Shown here in pieces: positions 50,179 through 64,000 of a DNA stretch of 64,000 nt (position 1 is its first letter; each line of letters starts with the position of its first letter). Position numbers and translations under genes: made by a program. The notes under the pieces are model-generated. The model saw only the letters and a program-made list of their open reading frames with translations. It did not search any database and was not told the DNA's origin. This DNA is from Obrimoposthia wandeli (taxonomy: Eukaryota). The stretch covers positions 186,001 through 250,000 of the forward strand of contig CDROCS010002422.1 in the NCBI GenBank assembly GCA_977020255.1. The letters run 5' to 3'.

Positions 50179-51438
50179 TTATTTATACACAGGCAGGCGT
50201 TGACACAGTTCAACTACTTGCTGCTTGACTCTCTCAATAACGCTTTCATCACCCATGTTATCAAGCACATCACATACCCAGTTAGTTAAAAGCGCTGCTT
50301 CTTCTGCTTTAAAACCACGACGTGTGATTGCTGGAGAGCCGATACGCAAACCAGAGGTCACGAAAGGTGATCTTGGATCATTGGGAACGGAATTCTTATT
50401 GACGGTAATGTTAGCGCGACCTAGTGCAGCATCAGCATCTTTACCTGAATAATCTTTACCAATTAAATCCACTAAAAACAAATGGTTTTCCGTACCACCA
50501 GAAACGATATTAATGCCGCGCTGAATAAATACTTCTGCCATTTTTTTAGCATTGATGACTACTTGCTTTTGGTACTCGACGTAATCAGGCTCCATTGCTT
50601 CTTTAAAGCACACAGCTTTCGCAGCAATGATATGCATTAATGGACCACCTTGTGACTCAGGGAAAACCGCAAAATTTAATTTTTTGGCTAACTCATCATC
50701 AGCTTGCGCGTTGGCTAAAATCAAACCTCCACGTGGACCACCTAATGTTTTATGTGTGGTGGTAGTGACGACATCAGCGAAAGGCATCGGTGTTGGGTAA
50801 ACACCTGCAGCCACTAAACCTGCAACGTGTGCCATATCAACAAACAAGTAAGCACCTACTTTATCTGCGATCTCTCTAAAGCGTGCCCAATCAACGATTT
50901 GCGAGTATGCAGAAAAACCTGCAACGATCATCTTCGGTTTGTGCTCAATCGCTAAACGCTCAACTTCTGCGTAATCAATCTCACCTGTTTCAGGATGTAA
51001 CCCGTATTGTACAGCGTTGTATATACGCCCAGAAAATGACACTGATGCACCGTGCGTTAAATGACCACCGTGCGCCAAACTCATACCTAACACAGTATCA
51101 CCAGGTTTACACAATGCCATATATACAGCGGCGTTTGCTTGCGAACCAGAGTGTGGCTGCACGTTAGCGTAACTAGCGTTAAACAATTCTTTAGCGCGAT
51201 CAATTGCAAGCTGTTCAACTATATCAACGTATTCACAGCCGCCATAGTAACGCTTTGCAGGATACCCTTCTGCATACTTATTGGTTAGACCTGAGCCTTG
51301 CGCTTGCATAACTCGTGGGCTAGTGTAGTTTTCAGAAGCAATCAACTCAATATGTTCTTCTTGTCGCTGTTCTTCACCAGACATTGCTGCCCATAATTCT
51401 TTATCGTAACCTTCAATTGACATATCTTTGCTAAACAT
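50179..51438 (-). CDS. glyA: Serine hydroxymethyltransferase
   Basis: [41 protein letters not shown]. Confidence 0.98.
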   Translation of the reverse strand: MFSKDMSIEGYDKELWAAMSGEEQRQEEHIELIASENYTSPRVMQAQGSGLTNKYAEGYPAKRYYGGCEYVDIVEQLAIDRAKELFNASYANVQPHSGSQANAAVYMALCKPGDTVLGMSLAHGGHLTHGASVSFSGRIYNAVQYGLHPETGEIDYAEVERLAIEHKPKMIVAGFSAYSQIVDWARFREIADKVGAYLFVDMAHVAGLVAAGVYPTPMPFADVVTTTTHKTLGGPRGGLILANAQADDELAKKLNFAVFPESQGGPLMHIIAAKAVCFKEAMEPDYVEYQKQVVINAKKMAEVFIQRGINIVSGGTENHLFLVDLIGKDYSGKDADAALGRANITVNKNSVPNDPRSPFVTSGLRIGSPAITRRGFKAEEAALLTNWVCDVLDNMGDESVIERVKQQVVELCQRLPVYK

Positions 51439-51817
51439 AACTATCCCCTTGATTCGCGCACTGACAAGCGTCTTATTAGACCTTAAAAAAACCTTAATAT
51501 TTGAAACGCCAATAATTTGGAGCCCAATACCCAGATTAGGTATTATAACCAGTTGCCACTTGTTGATAACACTAATCTCGACAGAATACGTCTCTTTTTG
51601 ACATAATCAGAAAAAATAGTCTAAAAATAGGGACCCAACGATGAAATTCATAGATTTACATTTTGGTACGTAAAAATTACTCCTTATAGGCTTGCTGAAA
51701 GCGTTTCGCCGCTGCCATATTTACGTTAAAATACCCCACATTATTTTTAACGACTGTATAAATTTGTTTATAGAATGGCATATTAAACAGCTTTAACAGT
51801 ATCACTTGAGAGCTTAC

Positions 51818-52192
51818 ATGAAAGTTATCCGCTGGTTATTAGGCCGCATTATCCTCACCATTAACTTCCTCACTACACCTAAAGGTTTGGTTCGCAGTGA
51901 AGTAGAGCAGCAAGATATTGACTTACAGACCTCGCAACTTGCTTTATATCAATTTGCCGCTTGCCCGTTTTGCGTCAAAGTGCGCCGTTCTATGAGCAGG
52001 CTTTCACTTGATATTGAACTGCGAGATGCAAAGCAAAATGAACAGTTTCGCACTGAACTCGCACAACAAGGTGGACGTATTAAAACCCCTTGTTTACGCA
52101 TCGAAGAAACCGGTGGTAATGTTACATGGATGTATGAATCCAACGATATCATCCAGTATTTAGAGCAGCGTTTTACTCCAAAAACGGCTTAA
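51818..52192 (+). CDS. Glutaredoxin / GST-N domain protein
   Basis: LYQFAACPFCVKVR (CPFC), KTPCLRI, MYESNDII. Confidence 0.88.
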   Translation: MKVIRWLLGRIILTINFLTTPKGLVRSEVEQQDIDLQTSQLALYQFAACPFCVKVRRSMSRLSLDIELRDAKQNEQFRTELAQQGGRIKTPCLRIEETGGNVTWMYESNDIIQYLEQRFTPKTA

Positions 52193-52230
52193 AACACCTA
52201 TTTTCTTAATTTTTCATAAGGCTAAATAAC

Positions 52231-53889
52231 ATGGCTCAATACGTTTATAGTATGAATCGGGTTGGTAAAATCGTACCGCCTAAGCGTCAAATTTTAAAAG
52301 ATATCTCATTATCGTTTTTCCCTGGCGCTAAAATCGGGGTGCTCGGATTAAACGGTTCAGGTAAATCTACTTTACTACGTATTATGGCTGGACTAGATAC
52401 TGACATTATTGGTGAAGCACAGCCGATGCCGGGCATCAAAGTAGGTTATTTACCGCAAGAACCCGTATTAGATGAAACTAAAACGGTTAAAGAAATTATT
52501 GAAGAATCGGTTAGCGATGTAAAAGAGGCACTCGCAGGGCTTGATAAAGTTTATGCTGCCTATGCAGAGCCCGACGCTGATTTTGACGAGTTAGCCAAAC
52601 AGCAAGCTAGATTTGAAAATTTAATCGAAGCAAAAGACGGTCATAATTTGCAAATCATGTTAGAGCGCGCTGCAGACGCTATGCGCTTGCCGCCTTGGGA
52701 TGCTAGTGTTGCGAACTTATCTGGTGGTGAACGCCGCCGTGTCGCTTTGTGTCGTTTGCTATTAGATAAGCCTGACATGCTCTTACTAGATGAGCCTACC
52801 AACCATTTAGATGCTGAATCTATCGCTTGGATTGAGCGCTTCTTGCAAGAATACGCCGGTACTGTTGTTGCTATCACCCACGATAGATACTTCCTTGATA
52901 ATGCAGCGGGCTGGATATTAGAACTTGATCGCGGCCAGGGCATTCCCTATGAAGGCAACTACTCTTCTTGGCTAGAACAAAAAGATCATCGTTTAGCACA
53001 AGAAGCGAAATCTGAAGTGGCCCATAACAAAGCGGTTGCCTCTGAGCTTGAGTGGGTGAAACAAGGTCAAAAAGGACGTCAGGCAAAATCTAAAGCGCGT
53101 TTGCGTCAATTTGAAGAAATGAATTCCAAAGAATTTCAAAAGCGTAACGAAACTCAAGACCTGTACATCCCGCCTGGGCCAAGATTAGGTGACCATGTTA
53201 TTGAAATCACCAATGCTAGCAAATCTTTTGGCGATAAATTACTGTTCGAAGATCTAAACATTACTATTCCGCCGGGCGCTATCGTCGGTATTATTGGCGG
53301 TAATGGCGCGGGTAAATCAACACTATTTAAAATGATTGTCGGTGAAGAAAAACTTGATAGCGGATCAATCACTTTAGGCAGCAGCGTTAAGCTTTCCTAT
53401 GTTGATCAGAACCGTAATTTAAACGATGAAAAAACCGTTTGGGAAGAGTTATCAGATGGCCAAGATGTTATCACTATTGGCAATTATACCACCCCTTCAC
53501 GTGCTTACTGTGGCCGCTTTAACTTCAAAGGCTCTGATCAGCAAAAGCGAGTTGGCGATTTATCCGGTGGAGAACGTAACCGTTTGCACTTAGCTAAGCT
53601 AATTAAAAGCGGCGGCAATGTTTTACTACTCGATGAGCCGACCAATGATTTGGATATAGAAACCCTAAGAGCTTTAGAAGAAGCACTACTTGCCTTTCCA
53701 GGCTGCGCGGTTGTTATTTCTCACGACCGTTGGTTCTTAGATCGCATCTGTACTCATATGATTGCTTATGAAGGCGACTCTACTGTCAACTTCTTTACCG
53801 GCAACTATACTGAATATGCTGAAGATTATAAAAAGCGTCACGGTAAAGATCATCAACCAGAGCGTATTAAATATAAGCGTATTGGCTAA
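52231..53889 (+). CDS. ettA: Energy-dependent translational throttle ABC-F protein
   Basis: MAQYVYSMNRVGKIVPPKRQILKDISLSFFPGAKIG, two NBDs, no TMD. Confidence 0.96.
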   Translation: MAQYVYSMNRVGKIVPPKRQILKDISLSFFPGAKIGVLGLNGSGKSTLLRIMAGLDTDIIGEAQPMPGIKVGYLPQEPVLDETKTVKEIIEESVSDVKEALAGLDKVYAAYAEPDADFDELAKQQARFENLIEAKDGHNLQIMLERAADAMRLPPWDASVANLSGGERRRVALCRLLLDKPDMLLLDEPTNHLDAESIAWIERFLQEYAGTVVAITHDRYFLDNAAGWILELDRGQGIPYEGNYSSWLEQKDHRLAQEAKSEVAHNKAVASELEWVKQGQKGRQAKSKARLRQFEEMNSKEFQKRNETQDLYIPPGPRLGDHVIEITNASKSFGDKLLFEDLNITIPPGAIVGIIGGNGAGKSTLFKMIVGEEKLDSGSITLGSSVKLSYVDQNRNLNDEKTVWEELSDGQDVITIGNYTTPSRAYCGRFNFKGSDQQKRVGDLSGGERNRLHLAKLIKSGGNVLLLDEPTNDLDIETLRALEEALLAFPGCAVVISHDRWFLDRICTHMIAYEGDSTVNFFTGNYTEYAEDYKKRHGKDHQPERIKYKRIG

Positions 53890-53901
53890 CTCGTTTTCTC
53901 A

Positions 53902-53928
53902 CAACATACCGCTCTTTGCGGTATGTTG
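53902..53928 (+). terminator. ettA terminator hairpin
   Basis: CAACATACCGC-TCTTT-GCGGTATGTTG. Confidence 0.75.
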
Positions 53929-54178
53929 GTTATTACCTTCCACAATTATTCCCTTGCATAGCTCCCCCGGTCTTTTATTTGAGGGCTTAGCTCTTACTAT
54001 TAATCTAGATCATATTTTGTGCAAAGCTGAAATTTAGTGATATAGTCAATTTAGCAGTAAAGCTATTTATATGTCATTAGCTGAACACGATAGGCAGTTT
54101 TTCAGTCTCTAATACAACAGCATTGCTGCTATCTTAAGTTCAATATAACGATTAACCGTTTTATTAAAGGAGCTGATT

Positions 54179-54556
54179 TTGAGTAATGAAGAGAAAAATC
54201 GTCGTCACTTTTCTAGAATTGAATTTGATGGCCAGTGTACCATTGATTTTAATAGACAGCCTTATGCAGCGAAGCTGGTCGATATTTGCCTAACGGGCGC
54301 TTTAGTGCATGCAGAGCAAGAAATCACTATTACAGCTGGACAAAATACTAGTATTTCAATTGCTTTGCTCGGCGCAGAGACGGCTATTAACATTTCGGCC
54401 ACTTTAGTTAAGCGCGAAGAGGATTTACTACACTTTCACTTCGAAAGTATTGATTTAGAAAGCACCTCTCACTTGCGTCGCTTATTAGAGCTTAACCTTG
54501 GAGATGCTAGCTTGATGGAAAGAGAGCTTCATCAGCTCGTAAAACACGGACTATAA
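54179..54556 (+). CDS. PilZ domain protein
   Basis: RRHFSR (RxxxR), DICLTG (DxSxxG-like), LRRLLELNLGD. Confidence 0.88.
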   Translation: MSNEEKNRRHFSRIEFDGQCTIDFNRQPYAAKLVDICLTGALVHAEQEITITAGQNTSISIALLGAETAINISATLVKREEDLLHFHFESIDLESTSHLRRLLELNLGDASLMERELHQLVKHGL

Positions 54557-54623
54557 AAAAGCAATCTGTAACCTTATCTTAAAACTTTAATAAAGGATGA
54601 ATACAGCTCTATTCTTAATATTA

Positions 54624-55988
54624 TTAAATGGCGTCTAACGCATCTGTTAACTTAACCACGCCCACTATTTCCATCCCAGCAATACCACCTTTAGGTACAT
54701 TACCTTTAGGTACAATTGCCCGCTTGAAACCGTGTTTTGCCGCTTCTCTAATGCGCTCTTGACCATTAGGAACCGGGCGAATTTCACCTGATAAGCCTAC
54801 TTCACCTATTACCATTAAATCCTGATCCAAGATTTTATTCCTAAAACTGGAAATAACCGCCAGTAGCAATGCTAAATCAGCGCTGGTTTCCAATACTTTG
54901 ACACCACCTACCACGTTAACAAACACATCTTGATCGCCCATATGCAACCCACCATGTCGATGCAAAACGGCTAACAGCATCGCGAGCCTATTACTATCCA
55001 ATCCAACAGTAATTCGCCGAGGATTACTCATATGCGATTCATCTACTAGCGCCTGAATTTCAACAAGTAAAGGCCGGGTTCCTTCCCAAACCACCATGAC
55101 TACACTACCCGGACTAGGCTCTTCTCCACGACTTAGAAAAATTGAGCTTGGGTTTTTAACTTCTTTTAAGCCCGTTTCGATCATGGCAAACACACCTAGC
55201 TCATTTACGGCGCCAAAGCGATTTTTATGACTACGCAATGTACGAAAACGGCTATCTGCAGAACCCTCCAACTGTAACGAACAATCAATAATATGCTCTA
55301 ATACTTTAGGTCCCGCTATCGCTCCGTCTTTCGTTACATGGCCAACTAAAAACAAAATAGTGCCGGTTTGTTTCGCAAAGCGGGTAAGCTCTGCTGCTGA
55401 TTCTCGCACTTGTGATACAGAACCTGGTGCCGAGGTAATATCTTCCATGTGCATCACTTGGATTGAATCGATCACTATTACTTTCGGCTTTAGCTGCTTT
55501 GCGGTCTCGCAGATAGCTTCGACACTGGTCTCAGAAAGCATATTAAGCTGTTTTGGCTGCAGCTTTAAACGATTGGCACGCATAGCAACTTGCTGTAAAG
55601 ATTCTTCACCTGTGACATACAGTGTAGAAACTGTTTCTGCTAAATAAGCCATCACTTGTAATAACAAAGTACTTTTACCAGCACCTGGATGCCCACCAAT
55701 TAATATAGCAGAGCCTGGCACTAAACCACCGCCTAGTACACGATCTAACTCAGCGCTGCCACTGGGTAATCGCGGCATCTCAGAGAGATCGACAGAACTT
55801 AAATTAACCACTCTGTCAGTGGTTTTTCCGACATAGCCATCAAACCTTGGCTTAGTTTGTGCTACTACGGCACCTAAGCGCACTTCTGTTACTGTATTCC
55901 ACTCTTTACAGGCGGAACATTGCCCTTGCCACCTAGGAAAATCAGCTCCGCAATCATTGCAAACAAACGCAGTTTTAATTTTTGCCAT
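54624..55988 (-). CDS. radA: DNA repair protein RadA/Sms
   Basis: C4 Zn finger, GGHPGAGKSTL, KNRFG, Lon-like C-terminal domain. Confidence 0.97.
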   Translation of the reverse strand: MAKIKTAFVCNDCGADFPRWQGQCSACKEWNTVTEVRLGAVVAQTKPRFDGYVGKTTDRVVNLSSVDLSEMPRLPSGSAELDRVLGGGLVPGSAILIGGHPGAGKSTLLLQVMAYLAETVSTLYVTGEESLQQVAMRANRLKLQPKQLNMLSETSVEAICETAKQLKPKVIVIDSIQVMHMEDITSAPGSVSQVRESAAELTRFAKQTGTILFLVGHVTKDGAIAGPKVLEHIIDCSLQLEGSADSRFRTLRSHKNRFGAVNELGVFAMIETGLKEVKNPSSIFLSRGEEPSPGSVVMVVWEGTRPLLVEIQALVDESHMSNPRRITVGLDSNRLAMLLAVLHRHGGLHMGDQDVFVNVVGGVKVLETSADLALLLAVISSFRNKILDQDLMVIGEVGLSGEIRPVPNGQERIREAAKHGFKRAIVPKGNVPKGGIAGMEIVGVVKLTDALDAI

Positions 55989-56231
55989 TACTTAATACTC
56001 TTTTGGACGTACGGAATAGTTAATAGAGTTTATCAGTGAACACGATAAATAGTTACCATGAAGGTCTATCAGCTTAGAGGGGGATAACTAATTGCGAAAC
56101 AGCACTTGCTGCTATTGCTATCTTCAGCAGTGATAATTACGCGCCTAACAATTGAAACCTTGTCAGCACTTTCTTTAAAAAAAGACTAGCGAAGGTTTCT
56201 GTTTGGCAGAGGCTGTTAAATCAGTAATATA

Positions 56232-57293
56232 TTAATGATATTTAGCGCTATACTCGTGTACTGCATTCACAAATATTTTAGCGTGTTCTGGGTCTGCAAA
56301 CTGATGTATACCATGGCCTAAATTGAACACATGACCAACACCTGTTCCGTAACTGGCTAGTAAATTTTGCACTTCTGCTTCAATCCTATGCTTAGGTGCG
56401 TACAAAACTGAAGGGTCCATATTGCCTTGTAATGCCACTTTGTGCCCCACTCTAGCTCTGGCATCCCCTAGTTCTGTTGTCCAATCTAGCCCAAGTGCAT
56501 CAGCACCCGTTGCTGCCATTTGCTCAAGCCACTGGCCACCGTTTTTAGTAAATAGTATCACTGGTACTTTACGTCCATCTGCTTCGCGAATAAGACCATC
56601 AACTATTTTTTGCATATAATTAAGCGAGAACTCACGGTACATTGGACCACTTAATACCCCACCCCATGTATCGAATATTTGTACCGCTTGAGCACCTGCC
56701 AAGATTTGCTGATTCAAGTAATCAATGACAGATAACGACAGCTTATTAAGTAGTTCGTGCATCACTTCTGGTGTTGCATACATCATCTTCTTAATGTGGC
56801 GGAAATCTTTAGAGGAACCACCTTCAACCATATAAGTTGCAAGCGTCCATGGGCTACCTGAAAAGCCTATTAGCGGTGCGCGACCAGAAAGCGCCGATCT
56901 AATTTCAGACACTGCGTTCATTACATAATCAAGATCTGTTGCTGCATTAGGCACTTTTAAAGCACTGACATCTGCTTCAGTACGTAACACTTTTCTGAAC
57001 TTAGGTCCTTCTCCTTCAGCAAAGTACAAGCCTAAATCCATAGCATCAGGAATGGTTAAAATATCAGAAAAAAGAATCGCTGCATCTAAATCAAAACGCT
57101 CTAAAGGCTGAAGGGTAACCTCACATGCCAATTCACGGTTTTTACACAATGATAAAAAATCTCCAGCGTGTGCACGAGTGGCTTTATATTCTGGAAGGTA
57201 ACGCCCCGCTTGACGCATCATCCATACCGGAGTGACATCAACAGGTTCGCGTAATAGTGCACGTAGAAAACGATCATTTTTCAATTCAGACAT
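56232..57293 (-). CDS. hemE: Uroporphyrinogen decarboxylase
   Basis: [32 protein letters not shown]. Confidence 0.98.
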   Translation of the reverse strand: MSELKNDRFLRALLREPVDVTPVWMMRQAGRYLPEYKATRAHAGDFLSLCKNRELACEVTLQPLERFDLDAAILFSDILTIPDAMDLGLYFAEGEGPKFRKVLRTEADVSALKVPNAATDLDYVMNAVSEIRSALSGRAPLIGFSGSPWTLATYMVEGGSSKDFRHIKKMMYATPEVMHELLNKLSLSVIDYLNQQILAGAQAVQIFDTWGGVLSGPMYREFSLNYMQKIVDGLIREADGRKVPVILFTKNGGQWLEQMAATGADALGLDWTTELGDARARVGHKVALQGNMDPSVLYAPKHRIEAEVQNLLASYGTGVGHVFNLGHGIHQFADPEHAKIFVNAVHEYSAKYH

Positions 57294-57590
57294 TGATTAG
57301 CTTCTCTAGAAATTTGATATTTGAACCAAATGTTTGCACTAAAATAGGAAAAACACATACATCGGCTTTATTAGATAGTCGCTATTCTACCGATTTCTTA
57401 GATAAAATGCGCCGTTAATTGCCAATCCCCATTCAACATGTCACTAGCCGTGACGCCGATCAATTTTTACAGGGATTACAAGCGAAGGAGCAAAGAAATT
57501 AATGAGTTTTTAGTTGATAATTATAGATCAGTATATCGAGAGACTCATGACCTAGTACATTAAATGTCATTTTCAATACACTAGTTGATG

Positions 57591-57612
57591 AAAAGGGCAG
57601 AACTGCCCTTTT
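57591..57612 (-). terminator. gltBD terminator
   Basis: AAAAGGGCAG-AA-CTGCCCTTTT. Confidence 0.8.
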
Positions 57613-57627
57613 ACCTTAACTCACAGT

Positions 57628-59076
<1,449 letters not shown>

Positions 59077-59190
59077 TTACTCTGGCTCTCTTTTAATCAC
59101 TGAAGGTTTAGGTTTTACCCTGAACACTGCTGCCAATATGTAGCTAACTGCCGAAGAGCAGCCCTATCAAAGGACTGCTCAAGCACCCTG

Positions 59191-62100
59191 TTACTCTTGT
59201 CTCATTCGCATATTGGTCAGCAGTTTAGCTAGGCTGGCCGCTTTAGGCTTCACCAACCAGAAATGGCGTAGGTAATCTTCAAGATTTTCATGTAGCTCTA
59301 TACCCCATTCGCTCTTCGTTTCTTCAGCAAATTCTTTTATTACACTGCGTAAATGGTTTTTATATTCTTCCATCACTTCTGTATGAATACGCTGAATTTC
59401 AACCAATTCATTGTTGTACTTGTCAACAAAGGACTTGTCTGCATCATAGACATAAGCAAAACCGCCAGTCATGCCTGCACCAAAGTTATAACCTGTTGGC
59501 CCAAGTACTACCACCAAGCCACCTGTCATATACTCGCAGCAATGATCTCCCGCCCCTTCAATAACAGCGTGTGCACCTGAATTACGCACCGCAAAACGTT
59601 CTCCTGCTCTACCCGCTGCAAACAACTTACCGCCAGTTGCACCATATAGACAAGTATTGCCAATAATTGCAGTTGATTCCATATCAGCATTAGCAAAAGT
59701 TTTGACAATTATTTTGCCGCCCGTCATGCCTTTGCCAACATAATCGTTAGCATCACCTTCTAAGAACAGGTTTTGCCCACCGGCATTCCAAACCCCAAAA
59801 GATTGCCCAGCATGGCCTGTAAAGCGGAAATTAATAGGCGCTGTAGACATACCGTGATCGCCATGATGACGCGCAATAATACCTGAAGTACGCGCCCCTA
59901 CAGAACGATCACAGTTAGTAATAGCAAACTGCCAGTCACCACCACTTTTTTCACTAATGGCAACAGTAGCTACTGATTGCATTTTACTGTTTAGCCCGCC
60001 AGCGTCATACGGATCATTTCGCTCAACTTGGCATGTGTGTGGCATTGCAGCATCGACACCACCATCACTAATAATGCGGCTCAAGTCTAGATTCTTTTGT
60101 CTACTCGTTTTCCCTTCAATAGCATCCAGTAAATCGACTCGTCCTACTAGCTCCTCTAAGGTTCTAACGCCGAGATAAGCCATCCATTGCCTTGTTTCTT
60201 GTGCCACAAAAGTAAAGAAATTTTTAACCATTGCCACTGTGCCACGAAAGAATTCTTCGCGTAGCTCTTCATTTTGCGTTGCCACACCGGTCGCACAGTT
60301 ATTCAAGTGACAAATACGTAGGTATTTACAACCCAATGCCACCATCGGCATCGTGCCAAAACCAAAGCTCTCAGCTCCTAAAATAGCACCTTTAACGACA
60401 TCTAGACCCGTTTTTAAACCGCCATCTGTTTGCAAACGAATACGCCCACGCAATTGATTACCACGCAGTGATTGGTGAGCATCAGACAAACCTAGCTCCC
60501 AAGGTGAACCCGCATGATGAATAGAAGTCATTGGTGAAGCTGCTGTTCCGCCATCGTATCCTGAGATAGTAATGAGATCGGCATAAGCTTTAGCAACGCC
60601 GCAAGCAATAGTACCAACACCTGGGCGCGACACTAATTTAACTGAAACTAGTCCTTCAGGATTAACTTGCTTAAGATCAAAAATTAACTGCGCCAAATCT
60701 TCAATTGAATAAATATCGTGATGCGGTGGTGGCGAAATTAAAGTAACCCCAGGTACTGAGAAACGTAACCGAGCTATTAACTCGTTAACTTTAGCACCCG
60801 GTAATTGACCACCTTCTCCAGGTTTTGCACCTTGTGCAACTTTGATTTGCATAACATCAGCATTGATCAAGTATTCAGGTGTTACCCCAAACCTGCCCGA
60901 GGCAATTTGCTTGATTTTCGAGCGACGTATTGTACCGTGACGTGCAGGATCTTCCCCGCCTTCGCCTGAATTAGAACGCCCACCAAGTTCATTCATCGCT
61001 GTGGCTAATGCTTCATGCGCCTCTGGTGACAAAGCACCAAGAGACATAGCGGCAGAATCAAAGCGCTTTAAGATGTTTTCAATCGGTTCTATCTCACTGA
61101 TATCAAGTGGTACTTGATTATCATTGAGTTGCAACATATCGCGTAAAGTAGCAACCGCACGTTTATTCACTAAATCGGCATACTTTTGATATATTTTGCT
61201 ATCACCTGTTTTAACCGCCTGATGAATAGTAGTCACTACATCGGGGTTATAAGCATGGTATTCACCATCAAACTTATACTTCAACAAACTACCTGCGCGG
61301 ATACCTTTACGTGCTAACCATGCTTCTTTAGCTAAGGTTTTTTGATCATCTTCAAAATCTTCAAAGCGAGCCCCTTGAATACGACTACTCACGCCTTGAA
61401 AGCAAAGCTGTGTAATTTCATCACTTAAACCTACCGCTTCAAACAATTGTGCACCACGATAAGAGGCTATTGTAGAAATACCCATCTTGGATAAGATTTT
61501 CATCAAGCCTTTATTAATACCTTTACGATAATTTTCATGGCTATTTAAAGGCTCTAAAGGTATTTGTCCACTATTACATAAGTCTCTAAGCACACGATAG
61601 ACTAGGTACGGATATACCGCCGTCGCGCCAAAGCCAAACAATACCGCAAACTGATGTGAGTCTCTAACTGTACCAGTCTCTACTATAATATTTGAGTCAC
61701 AACGCAAACCTTCATTGACTAAGCGGCTATGAACCGCGCCCGTAGCCATTGCGGCAGGAATAGGGATAGAACCTCTAACTAGCATCGCATCACTAAGTAT
61801 GATGATTACGTGCCCACAGCGTACTTGAGCTTCTGCTTCGTCAACTGCTGCGCGTAAAGCCTGCTCAAGTGTCAGTTGCTCTGGATTGTAATGTAAATCA
61901 ATCGTTGCCACTGAGAAACCATCAAATTGGTTATCTCTTAAGCGGCGAAACTTACTGGCTGATAAAACAGGTGTCGTTAAAATAATTCGCCTAGCGTGTT
62001 CTGGAGTCTCTTCAAATAAATTTAGCTCAGCACCAATGCATGTTTCTAAGGACATGACAACCGCTTCACGCAATGGGTCTATTGGCGGATTGGTTACTTG

Positions 62101-63642
62101 CGCAAATTGCTGTCTAAAATAATCATACAATGAACGCTGTTGAGTGGATAGCACAGCCATAGGTTTATCATCACCCATAGAACCAATTGCTTCCATACCC
62201 GTTTCACCTAACGTGCTGATAATTTGATCACGCTCTTCATAAGTGATATGGAACATTTTCATGTGAGTTTTAACTTCATCAACTGACATAGTGCGAAAAG
62301 ATTGAGACTCTTCTGTTAAGTTGAATGTTTGCTCGATGCGCAGTGCATTATCACGTAACCACTTCTTATATGGCTTTTGTACTTTTAGTTTATTATCAAC
62401 ATCCGCTGTATGCAGAATTTCACCCGACTGGGTATCAACAGCCAATATTTGACCAGGGCCTACACGCCCTTGAGCGACAATATCCTCAGGATTATAATCA
62501 AATACACCTATTTCTGAAGCTGTACAAATAAAGCCTTGCTTAGTAATAACCCATCTTGATGGGCGCAAACCATTTCTATCTAACATGCATACTGCATAGC
62601 GCCCATCCGTTATCACCATACCAGCAGGGCCGTCCCAAGGCTCCATATGCATAGAGTTGTACTCATAAAATGCACGTAGACTAACATCCATCGTCTCTAT
62701 ATTTTGCCACGCTGGGGGAATAATAGTGCGCACTGCACGGTATAAATCCATACCACCAGTCAACAGGAACTCCAACATGTTATCCATTGATGACGAATCA
62801 GAGCCACTACAATTAACAATAGGCAGAAGCTCGTTCAGGTTATCAATTAAAGGGGTAGTAAACTTTTTACTGCGCGCTTTAGCCCAACTACGATTACCTT
62901 CGATGGTATTTATTTCACCGTTGTGGGCTAACAGTCGAAACGGTTGCGCTAACGGCCATCTAGGAGCCGTATTAGTTGAAAAGCGTTGATGAAATGTACA
63001 AACCGCTGTTTCAAATCTTGGATCCGCTAAATCTTGGTAATAAACAGCGATATCTGCAGGCATGGTCAAGCCTTTATAAGAAATGACCTTTTCTGATAGC
63101 GTACATATATAAAATTCACCATCTGCTGCTAACGCAATTTCTGTTTTTCTACGCGCTACATATAAACTAACAGAAAATTGCTGATCCGTTTGCCCGTTGG
63201 GTTCAACAAACACTTGTTCAATTTGCGGCTCATGCTCTTTCGCAATCGGGCCCAAACAAGAATCGTCGGTGGGAACAACACGCCAACCTTTAACACTCAA
63301 ATTTTGTGCCGCTAATTCCTTATTCATTAGCGTTCTGGCACTATTTGCTTTGATTGGATCTTTGGATAAGAAAACCATTCCTACCGCGTAGCGGCTAGCT
63401 AACTCAATACCGAGCGCTTCTTTTGCTACTGTACGTAAAAAGCTATCGGGAATTTGTAGTAATAAACCACAACCATCGCCTGTTTTTCCATCCGCAGCTA
63501 TACCACCTCGATGGGTCATACATACTAAAGCTTCTATAGCTTTATCCAACAGTTCATGACTTGCACGTCCTTCAAGGTGGGCCATTAACCCGAAACCACA
63601 GTTATCCTTGAATTCATCCGCGCGATAAAGACCTACACTCAT
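59191..63642 (-). CDS. gltB: Glutamate synthase large subunit
   Basis: DNCGFG Ntn Cys, [37 protein letters not shown] domain. Confidence 0.98.
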   Translation of the reverse strand: MSVGLYRADEFKDNCGFGLMAHLEGRASHELLDKAIEALVCMTHRGGIAADGKTGDGCGLLLQIPDSFLRTVAKEALGIELASRYAVGMVFLSKDPIKANSARTLMNKELAAQNLSVKGWRVVPTDDSCLGPIAKEHEPQIEQVFVEPNGQTDQQFSVSLYVARRKTEIALAADGEFYICTLSEKVISYKGLTMPADIAVYYQDLADPRFETAVCTFHQRFSTNTAPRWPLAQPFRLLAHNGEINTIEGNRSWAKARSKKFTTPLIDNLNELLPIVNCSGSDSSSMDNMLEFLLTGGMDLYRAVRTIIPPAWQNIETMDVSLRAFYEYNSMHMEPWDGPAGMVITDGRYAVCMLDRNGLRPSRWVITKQGFICTASEIGVFDYNPEDIVAQGRVGPGQILAVDTQSGEILHTADVDNKLKVQKPYKKWLRDNALRIEQTFNLTEESQSFRTMSVDEVKTHMKMFHITYEERDQIISTLGETGMEAIGSMGDDKPMAVLSTQQRSLYDYFRQQFAQVTNPPIDPLREAVVMSLETCIGAELNLFEETPEHARRIILTTPVLSASKFRRLRDNQFDGFSVATIDLHYNPEQLTLEQALRAAVDEAEAQVRCGHVIIILSDAMLVRGSIPIPAAMATGAVHSRLVNEGLRCDSNIIVETGTVRDSHQFAVLFGFGATAVYPYLVYRVLRDLCNSGQIPLEPLNSHENYRKGINKGLMKILSKMGISTIASYRGAQLFEAVGLSDEITQLCFQGVSSRIQGARFEDFEDDQKTLAKEAWLARKGIRAGSLLKYKFDGEYHAYNPDVVTTIHQAVKTGDSKIYQKYADLVNKRAVATLRDMLQLNDNQVPLDISEIEPIENILKRFDSAAMSLGALSPEAHEALATAMNELGGRSNSGEGGEDPARHGTIRRSKIKQIASGRFGVTPEYLINADVMQIKVAQGAKPGEGGQLPGAKVNELIARLRFSVPGVTLISPPPHHDIYSIEDLAQLIFDLKQVNPEGLVSVKLVSRPGVGTIACGVAKAYADLITISGYDGGTAASPMTSIHHAGSPWELGLSDAHQSLRGNQLRGRIRLQTDGGLKTGLDVVKGAILGAESFGFGTMPMVALGCKYLRICHLNNCATGVATQNEELREEFFRGTVAMVKNFFTFVAQETRQWMAYLGVRTLEELVGRVDLLDAIEGKTSRQKNLDLSRIISDGGVDAAMPHTCQVERNDPYDAGGLNSKMQSVATVAISEKSGGDWQFAITNCDRSVGARTSGIIARHHGDHGMSTAPINFRFTGHAGQSFGVWNAGGQNLFLEGDANDYVGKGMTGGKIIVKTFANADMESTAIIGNTCLYGATGGKLFAAGRAGERFAVRNSGAHAVIEGAGDHCCEYMTGGLVVVLGPTGYNFGAGMTGGFAYVYDADKSFVDKYNNELVEIQRIHTEVMEEYKNHLRSVIKEFAEETKSEWGIELHENLEDYLRHFWLVKPKAASLAKLLTNMRMRQE

Positions 63643-63858
63643 AAATTATATCACTCAACCAGTTCATAAGAATCAACCCCTTATCGCATTATTATTGTAT
63701 TTTGATCGATTTTATTGGATCAAAAGGGGAGGGCTAGTGTACACACCTATGATGGCTGGAACAATTTAAACGAAAGTATTCAACTAACATACGATATATT
63801 ATATCGATATTAGCATTATAAATAGAATTTAATACTACAGAAGGACTAATCAACAGCA

Positions 63859-64000
63859 TTATTTAACGCTGTTTTTCACGCTTTGTATGCTTTTAGGCCA
63901 TGGTTTTAACTGTTGCAGCTGCTTGGGAAGCTTTGCTATTGCTGCTGTTGCTGCATTTCTACTAGAGAATTGCCCATAAATAACCACGTTCCATGCCTTA
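63859..64000 (-). CDS. 3' end of a SPOR-domain protein (DamX-like), partial
   Basis: Manual translation KAWNVVIYGQFSSRNAATAAIAKLPKQLQQLKPWPKSIQSVKNSVK*; damX upstream of gltB is a synteny recalled from other gammaproteobacteria. Confidence 0.75.
   Translation of the reverse strand, partial: KAWNVVIYGQFSSRNAATAAIAKLPKQLQQLKPWPKSIQSVKNSVK

Noticed and set aside
49874-51800. Glycine riboswitch before the symporter, or ZTP riboswitch before glyA
   Set aside because: No GGAGA...CCGAAG...CTCTCAGG or pfl-type cores seen on the minus strand.

Overview
AT-rich chromosomal window, probably from a marine gammaproteobacterium (inferred from PomAB-type motor genes and housekeeping synteny). It has two parts. 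The left ~31 kb is accessory and metabolic: a diguanylate cyclase, PhyH dioxygenase, LysE, an orphan CbtB-like peptide, a PHA cluster (phaC, phaR, a phasin with a basic tail, phaP, phaZ, phaB), DMT, ogt, two unusual ABC proteins, and LysR and MarR regulators. The right ~33 kb is mostly housekeeping: hrpB, pomAB, xseB-ispA-dxs, the nrdR-rib-nusB-thiL-pgpA-ribA block, glyA, ettA, radA, hemE, gltBD and the 3' end of a damX-like gene. Main non-routine signals read from the sequence: (1) a 1.3-kb array of nine 144/135-bp hairpin-containing units built from 9-bp subrepeats just downstream of marR, which is not CRISPR and probably non-coding; (2) a ~151-bp MITE-like element in three copies, each with its own 9-bp target-site duplication; (3) integron-cassette remnants (attC sites without an integrase) next to the array, followed by an IS200-type tnpA with matching end hairpins; (4) four PhaR-type operators upstream of the two phasin genes; (5) an hrpB frame whose Walker A lies upstream of any ATG/GTG/TTG, implying an ATT start. 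No database searches were run. Family assignments come from recognised motifs and recalled knowledge.
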